Source: a virus
Lineage: Duplodnaviria > Heunggongvirae > Uroviricota > Caudoviricetes
Reading direction: 5' to 3' (one strand)
IMG/VR virus record: IMGVR_UViG_3300036985_002287
Location: 30,613-94,612 of that record
Length of the DNA: 64,000 bases
In this document: piece by piece, positions 44,901-53,367 of the stretch
Numbering within the stretch: the stretch's first letter is position 1
How the letters are laid out: each line of letters opens with the position of its first letter
Notes under the pieces: model-generated
Database searches by the model: none
What the model was told of the DNA's origin: nothing
The model's input: only the letters and a program-made list of their open reading frames with translations
Program-made: the position numbers and the translations under genes

Positions 44901-45828
44901 GTGATATAATATCTTTTATATTATATTGAGGTTCCCAATGTAATATATTCTTAGCCTTATCTATACATGCCGTCAATATTGCAGGATCTCCTTTGCGAGG
45001 TGCAACATATTCATATATAGGCTCTTTACCAACTACTTCACCTGCATATTTAACTAGCTCTGTTAAACTTATGCCACCGGTACCACCACCTAAGTTAAAT
45101 ATTTCATTACTGAAACCGGCATTAAGGAATTCTATCGCCTGTACGTGACCTTCTGCTAAGTCAGACACATGAATATAGTCCCTAACACAAGTTCCGTCTT
45201 TTGTAGCATAGTTGTTACCGAATATTTGAAATACTTCATTATTCATTATTTTATTACATATAATAGGAATAACATGAGTAGCAGGGCGCTGTGTATATCC
45301 GAATCGACATTCTGGATCAGCACCTGCGGCATTAAAATATCTAAATGTGATATACTTGATACCATATGCTCTTGCATAATCCCTGATCATTAATTCTCCT
45401 GCTGTCTTTGACGATGCATAGGAATTTTCTGGATCATAATACATATCTTCTTTTAGATATAGAGCTCTGCCTTGCCTACCATATAAATTTCCGGTAGAAC
45501 TAAAGACGATATTTTTTATGCCTATAGCGACCATATGATCGAGCATAACCTGCATTTTTACCACATTATTCGTGTAATATTTAGCCGGCTCTGACAGGCT
45601 TTGCGGCACAATATGCTCCGCTGCCAGATGCACTATTGTATCAAATTTAGTTGTATTTGTTTTAATGAAGTCACAATAATCTGATTCAATAACTTCGCCT
45701 GGACCATTCCAGTTCTGTGTATTCTTATCCACAATAGTAATTTTGTGACCTTCTTCGTGTAATTTATATACTACTTGCGTACCTATAAATCCACAGCCTC
45801 CGGTAACTAGAATATTATGTCTTCTCAT
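44860..45828 (-). CDS. galE: UDP-glucose 4-epimerase (GalE family)
   Basis: VTGGCGFIGT, YASSK, and C-terminal blocks IFGNNYATKDGTCVRDYIHVSDLAEGHV / APRKGDPAIL closely matching E. coli GalE. Confidence 0.85.
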   Translation of the reverse strand: MRRHNILVTGGCGFIGTQVVYKLHEEGHKITIVDKNTQNWNGPGEVIESDYCDFIKTNTTKFDTIVHLAAEHIVPQSLSEPAKYYTNNVVKMQVMLDHMVAIGIKNIVFSSTGNLYGRQGRALYLKEDMYYDPENSYASSKTAGELMIRDYARAYGIKYITFRYFNAAGADPECRFGYTQRPATHVIPIICNKIMNNEVFQIFGNNYATKDGTCVRDYIHVSDLAEGHVQAIEFLNAGFSNEIFNLGGGTGGISLTELVKYAGEVVGKEPIYEYVAPRKGDPAILTACIDKAKNILHWEPQYNIKDIISHAWNWEKKFETSK

Positions 45829-46202
45829 TAGTTGGGAAAATATTCTAATATTCCACCATTAATATTATCTTCGTAAATCTCTACCTTAATGTATCTACCT
45901 TCATACCTGTATCGAATTTTATCGATAAGCTGTTCTGCTAACATCTCACAGCTCATATAGTCCATTTTTAGTTCTTCCACATATAAGGATTCCAGCCATC
46001 GTCTAAACTGAATGAATTCTATATCACGATTGTTCTGGAATACTTCCACAGTTACAACAAAGTAAAAATAGTGGAAGTGTTCGTGTCCTAAGAAAGATAC
46101 ATCATCCCACTTACCCGTCTTTAAGGTAGGATCTGTTAATGCTTCCGGATACCTATGTGTACCTTCTTTAGTAAATTTTACGTTTATATATCGCTTAATC
46201 AT
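45828..46202 (-). CDS. QueD/PTPS-like (6-carboxy-tetrahydropterin synthase family) protein
   Basis: KFTKEGTHRYPE and LGHEH resemble QueD FTFEAAHRLP and LHGHS zinc-ligand motifs; about 120 aa like QueD. Confidence 0.45.
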   Translation of the reverse strand: MIKRYINVKFTKEGTHRYPEALTDPTLKTGKWDDVSFLGHEHFHYFYFVVTVEVFQNNRDIEFIQFRRWLESLYVEELKMDYMSCEMLAEQLIDKIRYRYEGRYIKVEIYEDNINGGILEYFPN

Positions 46203-46353
46203 ACAATCTCTTCGATAATACCTAATATCTCTGCAACTACAATCATTGTACCTGCAAAAAACAGATTTCCTGCAGCAAGACTACATCCTGCCACAATGCG
46301 TAATGCGCTCTTAACGAAACTAATTCGTTGATGTAATTTAGGATCTGGCTGTC

Positions 46354-47142
46354 TCATTTCTTAGCCTTTACTGTTTTCGGTTCTTTCGCAGATAGCGGGT
46401 CTTTCGTAGTACCAGCCGTATATGCTTCAACTGCATCATTAGTAGTCTGAATAGTACTCGTTTTGATGGTCTGGATTTGCGTTTCTTCATCTTCCGGTTT
46501 CAGTTGTGATTTAGCGTCTGGATCAAGTCCTAACTCTGCTTGATTCTTTACATCGCTCAATGGCTTATTTAGCGCCTGTTTGGGCTGCTCTGTTGTAATA
46601 ATAACATCATCTACATATTCACTCCAACTTGTGAAGCGATTGCTATCCGTTACTTCATGATGATTCATACACCATACACCGGGATTTGTTGCACCAAAAT
46701 TAATATCATCAATCTTAATTGTTAAATTAATGTTGGATGTATTTACGTGTGGAATTGCAACACTGAGCACCGGTACAAAGTTTCTGGATTGCCATACATC
46801 CTGATTCAAAATATTAAGTACCATAGCATGTTTATGTGCTGGATAATCTAAAGATACCATAAATCCTGCATTAAGCAAGAACAAGATTTGTTTATCCCAA
46901 TCAGAAGCCAGTGTGTTACCGACCATATACTTTCCGTTTACCATGTCGACAGAATCAAAAGATCTGTTAGCACTCAAGAAGATGTGCTTGACTCCATACT
47001 TTTTAGCATGATCCAAGATAGTTTGTGTATCTTGTAGTCCTACCACAAATAATGTCTTCTTGTTAAATGCAGGTGTCTGCTCAATTTCGGGGCCTACAAA
47101 AAATGTTACGCCTTCATGACCTTTTCTTACAAATTCGCTCAT
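46354..47142 (-). CDS. hypothetical protein
   Basis: 262-aa ORF in the sugar/deazaguanine cluster. Confidence 0.45.
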   Translation of the reverse strand: MSEFVRKGHEGVTFFVGPEIEQTPAFNKKTLFVVGLQDTQTILDHAKKYGVKHIFLSANRSFDSVDMVNGKYMVGNTLASDWDKQILFLLNAGFMVSLDYPAHKHAMVLNILNQDVWQSRNFVPVLSVAIPHVNTSNINLTIKIDDINFGATNPGVWCMNHHEVTDSNRFTSWSEYVDDVIITTEQPKQALNKPLSDVKNQAELGLDPDAKSQLKPEDEETQIQTIKTSTIQTTNDAVEAYTAGTTKDPLSAKEPKTVKAKK

Positions 47143-47143
47143 A

Positions 47144-48232
47144 TTATTTCCTTAATAATTGGTTTATTAAACCGTATGCTGTGAAGTATTCCTTCAGTAA
47201 ATGCGGGGCCAACCTGCCCTTAGTATCCTTACTAATAATATCATATTGACCCATAGTATTCTTTATCAAAGTTATAATATCGGTCTTATGTTTATAATAG
47301 TTTTCCATGCTACTTGTCCACTCATCTGGATATAAGTATCTTACGTCATACATCTCACTATAACTCAATCTATCAGGTAATAAAGGTATGACACCTAGTA
47401 ATGCACCTTCGAACGGACTTATACCTAATGTTTCTTGTAAATTAGCCGACCACATAATCTTCGACTTAGCTAATAATTTATGATATTCTTGCTTTGTTAG
47501 CTTATTATCCTGGCACACAACAAATTTATACTCGGGTAGTGATTCTGCCAGATCTCTAAATATCTCTACCTGCTTTTCGGGTGCAAGACGATGCGGGAAA
47601 ATAATGATATCTTCTTTTTCGCTAGTATCATATTCCTTAAACAGGTCGGGCATATATTCCATAGGCCATCCGGTGCCTATAATTTTCTTCGACTGAATAT
47701 CATCCAGCATATTGGTACCTAACAGATTCAACATAAACATCTCTATGTGAAAATCCGTAGCAAAATAATTATGATCGAATGAATGGTAGAAGCTACGCTC
47801 TGCATTTCTTACCCACGCAGCAGGTCCTATCAATCTGCCCAGGAAATCGTATGCATCATAACTTCCTGCATGCCACATTCCGTGCAGTGTCCAATTATGC
47901 CCCAACAAGTCATTCATATATCTTAGTTGAACAACAGTGGGATTCCACGCATCTGTAAATAAAAAATGATCGTCGGGTGTTACCTTACCGCTATTATAGA
48001 ATTCTATCCAGTTACACAACTGCGAACTTTTCCAATAATTAGTATCCGAGAAGTTTAAGAACGCACCCGGAGTGACTTGTGTATTTTTTTGAATTCCATC
48101 CACTTGAACAATGTTGAATTTATGTCCGCATTGTTTTTCTAACATAGCAGGAACACGACTGTGCCATTGTCCCGTATATCGCGTCTCTATGGGCTCTATA
48201 CTAAAAATCCAGATTGTCGGTTTTACTTCCAT
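47144..48232 (-). CDS. glycosyltransferase (GT-B fold, GT1/GT4-like)
   Basis: C-terminal E..G....EG..LG.IPL motif typical of GT-B nucleotide-sugar transferases. Confidence 0.5.
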   Translation of the reverse strand: MEVKPTIWIFSIEPIETRYTGQWHSRVPAMLEKQCGHKFNIVQVDGIQKNTQVTPGAFLNFSDTNYWKSSQLCNWIEFYNSGKVTPDDHFLFTDAWNPTVVQLRYMNDLLGHNWTLHGMWHAGSYDAYDFLGRLIGPAAWVRNAERSFYHSFDHNYFATDFHIEMFMLNLLGTNMLDDIQSKKIIGTGWPMEYMPDLFKEYDTSEKEDIIIFPHRLAPEKQVEIFRDLAESLPEYKFVVCQDNKLTKQEYHKLLAKSKIMWSANLQETLGISPFEGALLGVIPLLPDRLSYSEMYDVRYLYPDEWTSSMENYYKHKTDIITLIKNTMGQYDIISKDTKGRLAPHLLKEYFTAYGLINQLLRK

Positions 48233-49125
48233 TCAATATATCCTCTAGAATAATTTTGCGGCCTATTAAGCCCCTCATCAAATGCTAGTTTAACTTCTGT
48301 CTCCCTATCATATGACTTTGTCCATAACCCGCTTACATCCAAATCGCCATATCTTAGCAGTTCTTCTGCTAATACCATTGCACTGTAGAATGATTCGTTT
48401 CTCGGACTTGGAAACTTCACATCCACTGCGTTCCAGAGGAACTGTGAGAACGATGTTACTGCTGGCGGATGCTTTTCTGCAGCAAGTACAATTGTAGCAC
48501 GTTCCTTATAAACATTCAAGTTTAGATACTCTGGTTTATCAGATAAGTCTATGATATATTCGAAGCCTTTATTCTGGACATCTTTTAATTGTTTTACTTC
48601 TGCATTATTCTGTTTTGACCAGAAATCTTTGTTGGCTTCGCCGACTACAACTACTTTATTTTCCCAATATCTATCGAGTATTGTATAAACAACTGTTGCT
48701 AAAAATCCTGTACCTAACAATAAAATATCTGCATTTGTAGTCGGCACTATACTCTTTGCAATGTTAATGCCGCAAGCGATAGGTTCTAAAATAAATCTAG
48801 GATTACAATCAGGCACCTTAACAAACATCTTATCCGGGCAGTTATAATAATCAGCAAATGCTGGTTCTCCGCGAGTACCAACATAGTCGCCTTCCTTAAC
48901 AGTTGATATATCTTTACCTACCTTAGTAACTACACCCAGACTTTCGTGTCCTTGTATAGTCTTGGGTAGCATCTGAAATGTACCACAATACATATCGATG
49001 TCAGAACGACAAACACCTGTATAGATAGACTTTACTTCGATCTCATTTGATTTGGGTTCAGGTTTATTCCATTCTTCCTCTATGATGTCTTTGTTGCCTG
49101 TAGTATAGAAAAGTCTTGTCTTCAT
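48223..49125 (-). CDS. zinc-dependent medium-chain dehydrogenase/reductase
   Basis: GVCRSD and GHESLG zinc-ligand motifs of the MDR/ADH family. Confidence 0.7.
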   Translation of the reverse strand: MKTRLFYTTGNKDIIEEEWNKPEPKSNEIEVKSIYTGVCRSDIDMYCGTFQMLPKTIQGHESLGVVTKVGKDISTVKEGDYVGTRGEPAFADYYNCPDKMFVKVPDCNPRFILEPIACGINIAKSIVPTTNADILLLGTGFLATVVYTILDRYWENKVVVVGEANKDFWSKQNNAEVKQLKDVQNKGFEYIIDLSDKPEYLNLNVYKERATIVLAAEKHPPAVTSFSQFLWNAVDVKFPSPRNESFYSAMVLAEELLRYGDLDVSGLWTKSYDRETEVKLAFDEGLNRPQNYSRGYIEWK

Positions 49126-49985
49126 TAAAATCTCTCCAAAAATCTATGAATTTCTAAATCCAATGAATAGCTATCGGATGTATTTGTTAACATTTTACCG
49201 TATGCTTCTGCGGGACATAATCCAAACACCCATTCATATGTTGTGCCGTCTTTAAAATACAAAGTGATAGATTGTTTATCATACCCTTCTTTCCATGCGG
49301 CATATAATTTTACAGAAATTCCGTCTATTGTTGCAATTGCAAATGCTGTATCATCTACGTCATATACACCGTTAGGATAAACTGTTCCATAATCTGTAGA
49401 AGAGATTGACGAGAGATCCCATCTCTGATAACTAGATTGTTTAAATACCGATTTCTTTACAGTATCTTCACCAAATAATTTTACAGCAAAACAATACAGG
49501 TGTGGCATTAAATCTCGGGAGATACCTCCAAAGGAAGAATCCTTATCTGTAAACCAACTACCGGGATTAGGAATACGATTATCATTTATCCAATTAATGT
49601 CGACGCCTATTACTTTTTTGCTTCGCATTAATTCCAATACATCGCCATAACTATCTCTGTACAAGTTATTTTTTACTAAATGGAATGTTGTGTTGGTATA
49701 CTTATATTTAAGTCGACTCCATGCCCATGAATCTACAAGGCCCGGCTTCTCTACGAAGATTTGTTTTGTACCTGTCTCTGCCAATCTTTCTGCGATAGGT
49801 CCGTGCGTAAAATTGGGTGTACAAATTACTGCTATATCGTATGCTTTGTTGATTTCCGATGCATCTTTATATATCGCATTATCTGTTCTTGCATCTAATA
49901 CATCTATATCATAACCTAACTTTTGTAATTCGGGCCAATAGACGTTAGCGCCTATTCCACCGAACCCTGCCAATAATGCCTTCAT
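49125..49985 (-). CDS. Gfo/Idh/MocA-family NAD(P)-dependent oxidoreductase
   Basis: N-terminal GFGGIG Rossmann motif and EKP motif (FVEKPG). Confidence 0.6.
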   Translation of the reverse strand: MKALLAGFGGIGANVYWPELQKLGYDIDVLDARTDNAIYKDASEINKAYDIAVICTPNFTHGPIAERLAETGTKQIFVEKPGLVDSWAWSRLKYKYTNTTFHLVKNNLYRDSYGDVLELMRSKKVIGVDINWINDNRIPNPGSWFTDKDSSFGGISRDLMPHLYCFAVKLFGEDTVKKSVFKQSSYQRWDLSSISSTDYGTVYPNGVYDVDDTAFAIATIDGISVKLYAAWKEGYDKQSITLYFKDGTTYEWVFGLCPAEAYGKMLTNTSDSYSLDLEIHRFLERF

Positions 49986-50231
49986 TTAATCTCCTGAATG
50001 TTTTAATAGATACACTATCATATCTGATTCTTGTAATAGTATTGCTTGTTTTGGATATATAAGATAAGATTTTTTTCCATACGATGATATAGATATAACC
50101 CGTATTAGTTTAGGAGTTACTTTAATTACTGCACCCAATACTAGATTATTGTTTCTACAAAAGGCAACGTGATTTCCTACTGAAATCGCATTGTCTAATA
50201 AATCAGTATGGACTATGCTTTTTGCCGCCAT
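49986..50231 (-). CDS. hypothetical protein
   Basis: 81-aa ORF. Confidence 0.4.
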   Translation of the reverse strand: MAAKSIVHTDLLDNAISVGNHVAFCRNNNLVLGAVIKVTPKLIRVISISSYGKKSYLIYPKQAILLQESDMIVYLLKHSGD

Positions 50232-50499
50232 ACATTGTCTGCAACTCTTTTATTATTTCGTTATCTATTTCTTTGGTTATCTCTGCTGACATAACAGCCA
50301 AGATCTCATCTTCTAAACGCTCGTCGAGTGTTTTATAAGGTTGGCTTAGACGGCGAACAATCTCGTCTGCCCGCTCGTCTTCAGTCATATCTTTGACGTT
50401 CTTAAAATACTCCCGAGGACGGATATCCTGGATGTAATTAATCGATATACTTTCGGATATACCGACAGGCTTTATCTTATCTGTCATAGTCGATAACAC
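50203..50499 (-). CDS. hypothetical protein
   Basis: 98-aa ORF. Confidence 0.4.
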   Translation of the reverse strand: MLSTMTDKIKPVGISESISINYIQDIRPREYFKNVKDMTEDERADEIVRRLSQPYKTLDERLEDEILAVMSAEITKEIDNEIIKELQTMYGGKKHSPY

Positions 50500-50773
50500 G
50501 AATCAACTTATCACCCATCCAATGAGAACAATTTTCATTATCATCTTTTGCTAAGTCTTTGAGCATATTGTCGAATTCTTTCTTAGTGATTTCTCTTCCA
50601 TCAATGATAGTTTCGCCCAAGTGGCGCTGTGTTACTTCTGCGAACATATCAGCTTCACTGCCGGAACTAACCATTGTTACTTCGTCATAAGCATGTTCGA
50701 GCTCATCTGCTTCAATAACATAACGGCATCTAAATGTAGAAATTGTATCTACGATGTATAGTTTCTTTTTCAT
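50477..50773 (-). CDS. hypothetical protein
   Basis: 98-aa ORF. Confidence 0.4.
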   Translation of the reverse strand: MKKKLYIVDTISTFRCRYVIEADELEHAYDEVTMVSSGSEADMFAEVTQRHLGETIIDGREITKKEFDNMLKDLAKDDNENCSHWMGDKLIRVIDYDR

Positions 50774-51000
50774 ATTATTCTCTTATTACTTTTATGCCGT
50801 ATTTTGGCATGTTTTTTTCTTATAGGTCTTATATAAAAATCTGGATCATGCGAATCCGCGAATATTGAGTGGGCACATATAAGCCCGTTCAACATTCCGT
50901 GCATATATTGTACACTAGGGTCGCCGGCAATTACACAATCCGTTTGTATACCGATCATGTTCTCTAGAGTACTAAGATCCTTTTGTAATCTCTCATTCAT
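50770..51000 (-). CDS. hypothetical protein
   Basis: 76-aa ORF. Confidence 0.4.
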   Translation of the reverse strand: MNERLQKDLSTLENMIGIQTDCVIAGDPSVQYMHGMLNGLICAHSIFADSHDPDFYIRPIRKKHAKIRHKSNKRII

Positions 51001-52561
51001 CTTCTTCAGCTAAATGTACATCGTCCATATCAGCCATATCTTGCACTGTTGGTAATTCATCAACTGGTTCTGTAGTAGGTTGTCCCCACATATCGACATT
51101 TTCTATAGTAGTAACAGTTTTCTTATCACCAAAACTAATACTTTCCAAGAAGTCCTTATAAGTTTCTAACATTTTATATGGGTCCTTATTATTTGGATCA
51201 AATAATTCCTCAACAAACTTATTAAAATAAATTATATCATTCGGAACAAAATCGCTCTTATTAGAAACCTTACCTTTCTTCCCTCTATACTGATACCAAT
51301 CTCTAAAATCTACACTTGGCAGCGTAGCATGAGCTATGTCTGCCAACCGATTGATTTCTTGAACTGCATGTATATGATTATACACATTGTGGGCCATAAC
51401 AAGAGCATAGCTAGTTGTATCCCAGCTTGTTTTACCTATCTTTTTATTCTTATTTGTATCAGTTGGACCCATAACACAAATGTCACCACTTGTTAATCTG
51501 TCATTAATGGGACTTTGATAAGGCATGGCATATCTTGTATTTTTCAATCCCTTATCATCCAAGCCCTTACCCATAGAATAAGTCAGTCTATCTGACGAGA
51601 AGTGAGTGTAGTCGTAAGATAAAGCATATCCACCTGCTGCAACAAACGGTGATGCAGCATCAAAGCTAATGCTAATGTTAGGATTGTGATACTTCTTAAT
51701 TTGTCTTTCGATGGATGTTAAGTAACAAGCCCAATCGAGTCTGCCAATACCCAAGAAGTGAATCCAGTCTTTACCTTCCAGTAAACCATCATCACGTAAG
51801 TTCAGTAATCGTTCGAGTGTTACTCTCATACGGCGCATATTACAACCTGCAAATGCCCAGCCTTCTAATGTCCTATCACGCGAATAACCCAATGCTTCTA
51901 CTATATCTGGTTGGCTAAACACTTTTACAGATTCGTACCACACTTTGGAATTTTCATTATCGCTACCCGATAATACATTAAGAAATTTTGTAGCACCGGG
52001 AATACGATTCTTCATGAAGTAATGAAGATTACATTCAGTAACATCCAGACATTCTTGAAAACTTGTTAAACCAGTCTTTGCACTAAATGGAGGTTTAGCG
52101 GCAAATGCAGGTACATCTAATGTCATAGACCAATCCGAAGTGTGTTCTAAGTATCGTAGAATTTCTTCTCTTAGCTTATCGCCCTCGGGACCTTTAACAG
52201 TTTTCCAATCTAACTTAATAACACCGGTCGCTACCTGAAACCCGCCCGAATCGCCAACAATAATTGTTTTCTCGCGATTACGCTTATGGATCATCGGCTC
52301 TTTAATATCACATCTATCCAGACGTCTTTCGGCGTGCCCTGCTGAAAATAATCCGTAGCCATAATGATAGTAAGAATTATCAGGTTCTAAAAAGTCCAAA
52401 CCTTGTATACCATGTTCGAATTTTTCCGGCACACGTTCTTTAGGAATAAATGTCGGATCAGAAAGATCCTTTCCTAAGTGAGTAGTATAGAACCCGCTGA
52501 TTGCAGGTAGATACTTAGCCCACTTACCGTCGTCGTGACGCTTTGTTAGATTAATACCCAT
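50993..52561 (-). CDS. dpdA: tRNA-guanine-transglycosylase-like protein; candidate DpdA-type DNA 7-deazaguanine transglycosylase
   Basis: TGT catalytic signature IIVGDSGGFQV (DSGGFQ), 522 aa; genomic association with queE and a queD-like gene in a phage. Confidence 0.65.
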   Translation of the reverse strand: MGINLTKRHDDGKWAKYLPAISGFYTTHLGKDLSDPTFIPKERVPEKFEHGIQGLDFLEPDNSYYHYGYGLFSAGHAERRLDRCDIKEPMIHKRNREKTIIVGDSGGFQVATGVIKLDWKTVKGPEGDKLREEILRYLEHTSDWSMTLDVPAFAAKPPFSAKTGLTSFQECLDVTECNLHYFMKNRIPGATKFLNVLSGSDNENSKVWYESVKVFSQPDIVEALGYSRDRTLEGWAFAGCNMRRMRVTLERLLNLRDDGLLEGKDWIHFLGIGRLDWACYLTSIERQIKKYHNPNISISFDAASPFVAAGGYALSYDYTHFSSDRLTYSMGKGLDDKGLKNTRYAMPYQSPINDRLTSGDICVMGPTDTNKNKKIGKTSWDTTSYALVMAHNVYNHIHAVQEINRLADIAHATLPSVDFRDWYQYRGKKGKVSNKSDFVPNDIIYFNKFVEELFDPNNKDPYKMLETYKDFLESISFGDKKTVTTIENVDMWGQPTTEPVDELPTVQDMADMDDVHLAEEDE

Positions 52562-52569
52562 CTTAGATC

Positions 52570-53313
52570 TTACGCCTTGCCAGCTGGCAGAAGATAGGTA
52601 TACTTTCCTATACCACTGTCAATATCAATCTTCAATACGCCCATGTCGGAGAAGCTCATAGTAGCTGTAGCTGTCTCTGTCAATTTCAAGATACTGAGAA
52701 CTTGTGACAAAGGCCACGACCACTGATGCTTCAATGTACCTGTTACATTTTCTGCAAAAGAAATATCCATCTTATCTGCAGGACCCGATCCCACAGCAAA
52801 TACCAATGTACCTTTAGTATTCACACTAACAGTAAATCTCTTTTCTAAAGAACCTAATGCGCCTTGCATATAAGACAGTTCGGTAATTCTCTTCTTCTCT
52901 GGTGTAATAACTACATTCCATGTTGCACCCTTAAATGGTGGAACTTTAATTTGTTCATTAACCATTGACTCGCCCATAAAGCGATAATTTGCAGAAGATT
53001 CGCCGCTGTCAAACTTAACTCCAGTTGGAACAGTAACACCCGCACGAGATTCTGTAACTACTTCCGTAGTTGCCTTTGATCCAGAATATGGTGGAAAGTC
53101 AATAAAGCTCTTTAACACTGGAATGCGAGATAATCCCACAACAGAATCAATACCTGCGATAGGCTGATACATAGTTCCAAAAATAACAACAGTCTTATCT
53201 GCATCTAGTGCTTCAATCTTTGCATCTGTTGCTGTACCTACAATTTTTACCATATCAATAAAGCCTAACGAATTTGTGTGCTTAATGATATCCTTAAATG
53301 AATCTAATAACAT
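52570..53313 (-). CDS. hypothetical protein adjacent to DNA polymerase
   Basis: 247-aa ORF; position next to polB. Confidence 0.45.
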   Translation of the reverse strand: MLLDSFKDIIKHTNSLGFIDMVKIVGTATDAKIEALDADKTVVIFGTMYQPIAGIDSVVGLSRIPVLKSFIDFPPYSGSKATTEVVTESRAGVTVPTGVKFDSGESSANYRFMGESMVNEQIKVPPFKGATWNVVITPEKKRITELSYMQGALGSLEKRFTVSVNTKGTLVFAVGSGPADKMDISFAENVTGTLKHQWSWPLSQVLSILKLTETATATMSFSDMGVLKIDIDSGIGKYTYLLPAGKA

Positions 53314-53367
53314 GTGAGATCTCCCTTTTGTTTAGTGTATAATATTTCGTGACTGTTGTCAAACGTT

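Noticed and set aside
46354-47142. FolE (GTP cyclohydrolase I) call based on the WCMNHHE resemblance to CEHH
   Set aside because: Only a 4-residue resemblance; the length and remaining sequence do not match FolE.
52570-53313. Sliding-clamp (gp45-like) identity for the 247-aa gene next to polB
   Set aside because: The identification rests only on size and position. No sequence motif was recognised, so it is left hypothetical.
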